A stretch of 30,306 nt of DNA, taken from positions 1 to 30,306 of the IMG/VR virus record IMGVR_UViG_3300025296_000083; one strand, written 5' to 3'. This document shows positions 25,292 through 30,306 of this stretch, piece by piece. The position numbers and the translations under genes are program-made. The stretch comes from a virus (taxonomy: Duplodnaviria > Caudoviricetes). Every line of letters begins with the position of its first letter. The first letter of the stretch is position 1. The notes beneath the pieces are model-generated. The model saw only the letters and a program-made list of their open reading frames with translations. It was not told the DNA's origin and searched no databases.

Positions 25292-27319
25292 ATGAATGGA
25301 ATCATTGAAGCGGCTAAGAGTTACTCTGCAATAGGGTTTCACTTAGTCGCTATGAAGGAAGGGACTAAAGGCCCGACTACTGCAAGTTGGCACACTAAAG
25401 GAATTGATGTTGATAAATTAACCGAACATCAAAATATCGGTTTAATTCACAATTTATCTAGTACCTGCTCAATAGACATTGACAGTCGGGATGATGCAGT
25501 AAAGGTATTTAAAAGCTATTTGGGATTAGACCCAATAGAAATGAAGAAGGTTTATCCCTGTTATCGGGGTAAACGAGATGGGATTAAGTTCCTTTTTAAA
25601 ATGCCTAATATTGAGCATGTCGGGATCAAGAAGCTTACTTATAAGAACGATGCCGATATTGTTACAGTCTTTGAGTTGCGAGGGAGTACAACGGGAACGG
25701 GAGTAATGGACGTTCTGCCACCTAGCGTTCATACGCAGGGCCACAGATACGAATGGATCAATCCCCTACCCTCTCAATTCGCTGATATACCCGAATTACC
25801 CGAAAGATTGGTGGAACTTTGGCAGAACTTTGATGTTGAAGAACAGGGAATGTTGAATTGCCTGGGTTACTTTAAACCAGAGACAGTCAAGCGACAGCTA
25901 GAGCCTAATGTGGATTCAATAGATATTATTGAACGATTCAATTCTACTTATAGTGTTGAACAGATATTGGTTAAGCATGGTTACGAAAAGAAAGGCGAGA
26001 ATCGTTTTTTATCTCCTCACAGTCAAACTAAAACACCAGGGGTTATTGTCCTGGAAGATGGCAGTATTTATTCCCATCATGCAGGAGACTTATTGGGCGA
26101 TGGACATTCTCACGATGCGTTTGATGTAGAACGTATATTAAATGCTAACGGAGATTGGAAAAAAGCTTTTAATAATGCTCGAAGTGATTTGGGAATACCC
26201 TTAGTTACCTATGAAAAACCCATTGATGTCAGAGCCTTTAAGTTCTTCCATGCAAGCGAAGCGATAGAGCAAGCAACAGTGCCTAAATGGGTCATAAAAG
26301 GGGTCTGCGAGGAAGATTCTTTAATAGGTGTATTTGGCCCTGCCAAGAGTGGTAAGTCCTTTATAACAGTCGATATGGCCTGTTGTGTGGCTACTGGAAG
26401 AGATTGGCATAAGAATAAAACAAACGAAGGATTGGTTTTGTATTTAGCAGGAGAAGGCCATAGAGGTTTAAGCCGGAGATTATTAGCCTGGGAAAAAGTA
26501 AACGACCCTAACCCAATTACTGATCCTGGTTCAATATTAAAAGATTCTAAACTGCATTATTCAGAGCGAGGAGTACAGATATTAGACGAATTAGACGCAG
26601 AAATGATGCGTAATGAAGCCTTAACTCTGGTCGATACTTATGGAGAACCACCTAAGTTAGTGGTGGTTGATACGTTAGCCAGGAACTTTGGCCCAGGTAA
26701 TGAGAACAGTACCGAAGATATGAACCGATTTGTCGCCCAAATAGATCGTTATATTAGAGAAGAATTTAGATGTGCTGTAATTTTAGTGCATCATACGGGT
26801 CATGGTCATTTAACCAGGGGACGTGGATCGAGTGTCTTACCTGCCGCTTTAGATTGGGAGTATAAGGTTGAAAAAGTAGATGATAATGAAGAACAAGAAT
26901 GGTCTTTAAACTTTGAACAGACTTTAGTTAAAGATGGTCGTCCTTTACCACCCATGCGATTTAACTTCCAAGAGACAGAGTTTCATCATTTATTAGACGA
27001 AGAAGGCCAACCCACTACGTCAGGAGCGTTGGTTTCGGGGACATGGAGTAAGCCTAAAACAAAACGAGAATTGGGTAAGAACCAACAGATAATATTAGAC
27101 ACATTAAAGAATATCTACGGCAGTAAGGTTAGAGAAGCCAGAGCCAGTAAAGAAGATGTGTTTGAGGTGTTTGTTACACAAAAAGAACTCAAAGAAGCTC
27201 TTAATGATATGTCGAGTGGTGGTCTAGCTAGTGCAAAAAAATCATTAATAGAGGATCACGAATTGATCGAAGAGGTTGGCAGAGAGCAATACGTTCCGAA
27301 GGATAGAGAGGTGTTTTAA
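25292..27319 (+). CDS. PrimPol (bifunctional primase-polymerase) fused to SF4/RepA-type (AAA_25) helicase
   Basis: N-terminal KGP...W, NIGL, IDID, ELR, LPPSVH..G.RYEW; C-terminal Walker A GPAKSGKS, YLAGEG, Walker B VVVDTLAR, LVHHTG, RGSS. Confidence 0.92.
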   Translation: MNGIIEAAKSYSAIGFHLVAMKEGTKGPTTASWHTKGIDVDKLTEHQNIGLIHNLSSTCSIDIDSRDDAVKVFKSYLGLDPIEMKKVYPCYRGKRDGIKFLFKMPNIEHVGIKKLTYKNDADIVTVFELRGSTTGTGVMDVLPPSVHTQGHRYEWINPLPSQFADIPELPERLVELWQNFDVEEQGMLNCLGYFKPETVKRQLEPNVDSIDIIERFNSTYSVEQILVKHGYEKKGENRFLSPHSQTKTPGVIVLEDGSIYSHHAGDLLGDGHSHDAFDVERILNANGDWKKAFNNARSDLGIPLVTYEKPIDVRAFKFFHASEAIEQATVPKWVIKGVCEEDSLIGVFGPAKSGKSFITVDMACCVATGRDWHKNKTNEGLVLYLAGEGHRGLSRRLLAWEKVNDPNPITDPGSILKDSKLHYSERGVQILDELDAEMMRNEALTLVDTYGEPPKLVVVDTLARNFGPGNENSTEDMNRFVAQIDRYIREEFRCAVILVHHTGHGHLTRGRGSSVLPAALDWEYKVEKVDDNEEQEWSLNFEQTLVKDGRPLPPMRFNFQETEFHHLLDEEGQPTTSGALVSGTWSKPKTKRELGKNQQIILDTLKNIYGSKVREARASKEDVFEVFVTQKELKEALNDMSSGGLASAKKSLIEDHELIEEVGREQYVPKDREVF

Positions 27320-27324
27320 GTATG

Positions 27325-27438
27325 AAACGCTAAAAAAGGACGCTAAAACGCTAAAAAAAGTGGGTTCGGTTTTAGCGTTTACCGCTTAAACGCTAAAAAA
27401 CCCTAAAGGGTTTTAGCGTTTTAGCGTTAGCAAACCCA
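27325..27438. repeat. Iteron-like ACGCTAAAA array in both orientations; probable replication origin
   Basis: Forward copies at 27327, 27340, 27348, 27390; reverse copies (TTTTAGCGT) at 27370, 27411, 27419; palindrome AAAACCCT-aa-AGGGTTTT (27397-27414); directly after the primase-helicase stop. Confidence 0.75.
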
Positions 27439-27467
27439 TATTTGTAGTTTATGCAAAAGTTAGAATT

Positions 27468-27707
27468 ATGAGCAAGAATAGTGAGAAAGGTTTAGAACTG
27501 ACGGATCAGTCATGGGCGAGAGCGTTGCTTTGGTTAGATATTGAGATATTGGCTAGACAAGGCTCATACAAACCCGAATTGCATTACCAGGCTACTATTA
27601 TGGGTAAACCTTTAGTGGACTACAGAACTGTTAGTGATGATGAAATCATTACGACCAGGGATTTCTTAGCGAATAAAGCCATGAAGGAACAGCTTAGTGA
27701 GAATTAA
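27468..27707 (+). CDS. Hypothetical protein
   Basis: 79-aa ORF with plausible composition. Confidence 0.6.
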   Translation: MSKNSEKGLELTDQSWARALLWLDIEILARQGSYKPELHYQATIMGKPLVDYRTVSDDEIITTRDFLANKAMKEQLSEN

Positions 27708-27768
27708 AGAATGAAAACAGAAGAAGATGTAAAGAACGTGGGGCCAATAACTCCATTACTAGGGTGAT

Positions 27769-28326
27769 ATGGAACAAACAGATTTTTTTTCAAAAACACA
27801 AAACAAAATAAATATAAAAAAAGAAAATGACAAAAAAAAAGTAATAGACAAAGTTACGGTTGGAGTTTTTGGAGAAGATTTAGTGTCAGCATATTTAAGA
27901 TCAAAAGGGTTTTTTGTATTAGCAAGCACAACCCCAAACAACGAAATAGATTTAGTTGTACAAAATGCAAAAAACAAGGTCTACAAACTGCAAGTAAAAA
28001 CTAAATCAACTCAAAGAGCTTACAGGAAATATGTAGGGACAGGAATGAAAGATCATAGATATATAACTATAAAAGACAAAAAGACAAAAAGTGTTGAATT
28101 TTTTTTAAGAAGAGAAATAGCAGGGAAATACACAGGTTACAAAAATATAGATGTGTATTGTTTAGTTTGGTTGCCTACAAGAAGAATTATTTTTTTTAAA
28201 AATGAAACTAATAAACCATTTTCACGAACTATGTGTGTTGATGATTTTAATGCAAAAAAAGAAAATTTATCTTATGAAAATTGTTTTGAAAAAAACACAA
28301 TAACAAAAATAGCAGAAACACAATAA
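27769..28326 (+). CDS. Second PD-(D/E)XK endonuclease (PDDEXK_5-like)
   Basis: GVFGE, IDLVV, YKLQVKT and IDVYCLV motifs; visibly more A/T-rich than its neighbours. Confidence 0.8.
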   Translation: MEQTDFFSKTQNKINIKKENDKKKVIDKVTVGVFGEDLVSAYLRSKGFFVLASTTPNNEIDLVVQNAKNKVYKLQVKTKSTQRAYRKYVGTGMKDHRYITIKDKKTKSVEFFLRREIAGKYTGYKNIDVYCLVWLPTRRIIFFKNETNKPFSRTMCVDDFNAKKENLSYENCFEKNTITKIAETQ

Positions 28327-28348
28327 GGAAATAAAAAACAGCTTAGTG

Positions 28349-28918
28349 ATGGTCAGACCTAAGAAATACACCCCACCTAAGAACCCTCATAAAGAGCGAG
28401 CCAATCAACTATGTGCTGATGTGGTTAAACGTAAGGCCGAGATCAATATGAATTGGGGAGAATATCGCTTCCCTAACTTAATAGATGTGGATTTAAAGAA
28501 TCGGTTAGAGATCATGGAGAATAAGTTTAATGAGTGTAGAGCCAGTGTTAATTACCCTGTCATTATTCAGAACGCAGAAGGTATGTTGCGTGGTCTGGAC
28601 ACATGCGAGAAGAATGCTAAAGATCGAGGGCATATAGAATTAGATGGGTATATATGGAGTTACTACTACAAAAGAAATGATACTAAGTTCTTAATCGTTT
28701 GTGATGATGCTTATTTCGCTAAAGCAGTAGCCATGAGCAGAAACGAAAAGCCAGAGCCAGTAGTGGTATCGTTGGTTGAGATATTCAGATTAATACCCAG
28801 GGATAATTGGATATTCATTTTAAACATAAAGAAAGAGTTCCCTGGTAGTGAAGTCATTGAACCCACCCCACAAGAAGAGATTGATAACATGGGGCCAGTG
28901 TCGAGTTTTTCAGTATAG
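28349..28918 (+). CDS. Hypothetical protein (189 aa)
   Basis: Long ORF with normal composition; WG..R.P.L segment; function not recognised. Confidence 0.7.
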   Translation: MVRPKKYTPPKNPHKERANQLCADVVKRKAEINMNWGEYRFPNLIDVDLKNRLEIMENKFNECRASVNYPVIIQNAEGMLRGLDTCEKNAKDRGHIELDGYIWSYYYKRNDTKFLIVCDDAYFAKAVAMSRNEKPEPVVVSLVEIFRLIPRDNWIFILNIKKEFPGSEVIEPTPQEEIDNMGPVSSFSV

Positions 28919-28927
28919 GAGATAAGA

Positions 28928-29140
28928 ATGAAAGATATGGTTAATAAACCACCCCATTACACCAATAAGATTGAGTGCTTAGATATTATTGAGCAACAGG
29001 TTAAAGATCCTGCTTCTGCTTATGAAGCACACATCTGGCGTTATCTTTATCGACACAAAGATAAGGGAGCCAACATAGTAGATTTAGAGAAGGCCGAGTT
29101 TTATTTGAAAAGATTAATTAAACATTATAAGAATCTTTAG
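28928..29140 (+). CDS. DUF3310-family protein
   Basis: DMVNKPPHYT..IECLDII, YLYRH.DKG...DLEKAEFYL; AGGAG RBS. Confidence 0.88.
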   Translation: MKDMVNKPPHYTNKIECLDIIEQQVKDPASAYEAHIWRYLYRHKDKGANIVDLEKAEFYLKRLIKHYKNL

Positions 29141-29175
29141 TAAAAAAATTTGTATAATAATTACACATATAAAAT

Positions 29176-29352
29176 ATGACTGATAGAAAATGTAATGACG
29201 AAGTAAAGACGATCATTGAGGAAGCTATCCGTGATGGTAAGACCTTACACGATGTGGCTCTCAAATTAGGTACGTCTAAGACGACAGTATGGCGTTGGGC
29301 CAGTGAATATAATCTATCTTTTAAAAACAAATCGCCCTGGAGAAATATATAA
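29176..29352 (+). CDS. 58-aa helix-turn-helix protein (missing from the ORF track)
   Basis: MTDRKCNDEVKTIIEEAIRDGKTLHDVALKLGTSKTTVWRWASEYNLSFKNKSPWRNI; GKTLHDVALKLGTSKTTVWRW is a canonical HTH. Confidence 0.8.
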   Translation: MTDRKCNDEVKTIIEEAIRDGKTLHDVALKLGTSKTTVWRWASEYNLSFKNKSPWRNI

Positions 29353-29357
29353 AGAAA

Positions 29358-29957
29358 ATGTTAAACGTAAGTGTAAAAACAAATATCAAAGAAATATCTA
29401 AGGGTTTAAAAAGAAAACAAAAAAGATATTTACCAAGAGCAACGAAAGATGCCATAAACGCAACGGCTTTTGGGTTAAGAAAGGTATACAAGAAACAGGC
29501 AGAACATATATTTAATAACCCAACTGCCTTTACTGTTAATAGTTTTCAAGTAAAACAAGCAACATTAAAAAAAATGGAAGGTGTTGTCTTTATTGAAAAG
29601 AAGAGAGAAAAGTATTTGGCTCCACAAATAAAAGGTGGAACTTATACAGCTTTTGAAACTGGTAAAAAAAGTGACTATGCCGTACCTACTCAGAACGTAG
29701 CCTTGAATCCACAGGGTAATTTAAAATTTAGAAGAAATTTAACTTCGGCGGGTAGAAATATAAGAAAAACCAAAACTGGATATGGTGTTTATTCAAAAGG
29801 AACAAAAAGAAAACAACCGATGTTATTAGCTGTATTTAAGAAGGTAATTAACTACGACAGCATATTTCCTTTTTATAAGATCGGGGAGAATGTTATTAAG
29901 AGCAAGTTCCCTAAGAAGTTAAGAGAGAAGATAAATAAGGCCATAGCAAAACCATGA
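29358..29957 (+). CDS. Tail completion protein (lambda gpZ / HK97 gp10-like)
   Basis: Very basic; RATKDAINATA, IFNNPTAFT and YLAPQIKGG motifs. Confidence 0.65.
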   Translation: MLNVSVKTNIKEISKGLKRKQKRYLPRATKDAINATAFGLRKVYKKQAEHIFNNPTAFTVNSFQVKQATLKKMEGVVFIEKKREKYLAPQIKGGTYTAFETGKKSDYAVPTQNVALNPQGNLKFRRNLTSAGRNIRKTKTGYGVYSKGTKRKQPMLLAVFKKVINYDSIFPFYKIGENVIKSKFPKKLREKINKAIAKP

Positions 29958-30250
29958 ACATAGCTATTGATTATGACGACACATACAGCAGGGACAAAAA
30001 AATGTGGTCGTCAGTATGTCAATCTATGATAAAGAATGGTCATAAGGTTTTCTGTATAACCAAGAGACGTAAACAATTAGGGAAAGAAATAAGAAAAAAT
30101 ATCCTTAGGGAGATACCAATTATATTTGTAGAGACTAGATATAAGAAACAAACTACTTTAAAAATGAGACTCCCTATAGACGTATGGATAGATGATAAGC
30201 CTGAGAGCATTACCCCTACTCTCCCGCTTTTTTATGGGCGAAAAAAATGA
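29954..30250 (+). CDS. Minimal HAD-superfamily phosphatase-like protein
   Basis: Motif I IAIDYDDT, motif II CITKR, motif III K, motif IV WIDD. Confidence 0.8.
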   Translation: MNIAIDYDDTYSRDKKMWSSVCQSMIKNGHKVFCITKRRKQLGKEIRKNILREIPIIFVETRYKKQTTLKMRLPIDVWIDDKPESITPTLPLFYGRKK

Positions 30251-30282
30251 TTGCTCTGAAACCCTTATATCATAAGGCTTGT

Positions 30283-30289
30283 GGGTCCT
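30283..30289 (+). other. cosQ-like packaging termination site GGGTCCT
   Basis: Identical to the lambda cosQ heptamer, 17 nt from the window end, in a phage with a GpA/Nu1 terminase. Confidence 0.65.
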
Positions 30290-30306
30290 TCCTGAACCGC
30301 CGAAGG

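Noticed and set aside
27325-27438. CRISPR array
   Set aside because: Repeats are 9 bp, in both orientations, with no regular unique spacers and no cas genes.
29118-29330. 70-aa minus-strand ORF
   Set aside because: Shadow of the plus-strand HTH gene at 29176-29352, which fits the operon direction.
1-30306. tRNA/rRNA genes, DNA methyltransferase, auxiliary metabolic genes, alternative genetic code
   Set aside because: No cloverleaf or T-loop context, methylase motifs or metabolic enzymes were recognised; TAA, TAG and TGA all end genes normally. This was by-eye inspection only.

Overview
This window looks like an essentially complete ~30.3 kb genome of a small, AT-rich lambda-like siphophage. 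A marine or aquatic proteobacterial host is a guess from gene content. The genome is opened at or next to its cos site. The left two-thirds (+ strand) is the virion and lysis operon: Nu1/GpA terminase, gpW-like adaptor, lambda-type portal, fused HK97 protease-major capsid gene, neck, tail tube, frameshifted G/GT chaperone, tape measure, Dit, hub, J-like tip, S74-chaperoned fibre, holins and a GH24 lysozyme. A short leftward operon carries a YqaJ exonuclease and a serine-recombinase homologue that has lost its catalytic motifs. It diverges from a rightward early/replication operon: RHH protein, DUF1289, SSB-like protein, PrimPol-SF4 helicase with an iteron-like array, PD-(D/E)XK nuclease, DUF3310, HTH, gpZ-like and mini-HAD. 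No intact integrase, CI-type repressor, tRNA, CRISPR array or reverse transcriptase was seen. The most unusual signals are regulatory. A promoter motif (TTGAC-N9-ATGRAACKTAAKGT) occurs three times at module boundaries, and its third copy fires into a non-coding stem-loop whose loop is complementary to phage RBSs (candidate trans-acting sRNA). A multi-stem RNA with a possible pseudoknot precedes the capsid gene, which also has a duplicated internal start. Two apparent pseudo-enzymes flank the early switch region. All family assignments come from motif recognition by eye; no database searches were run.
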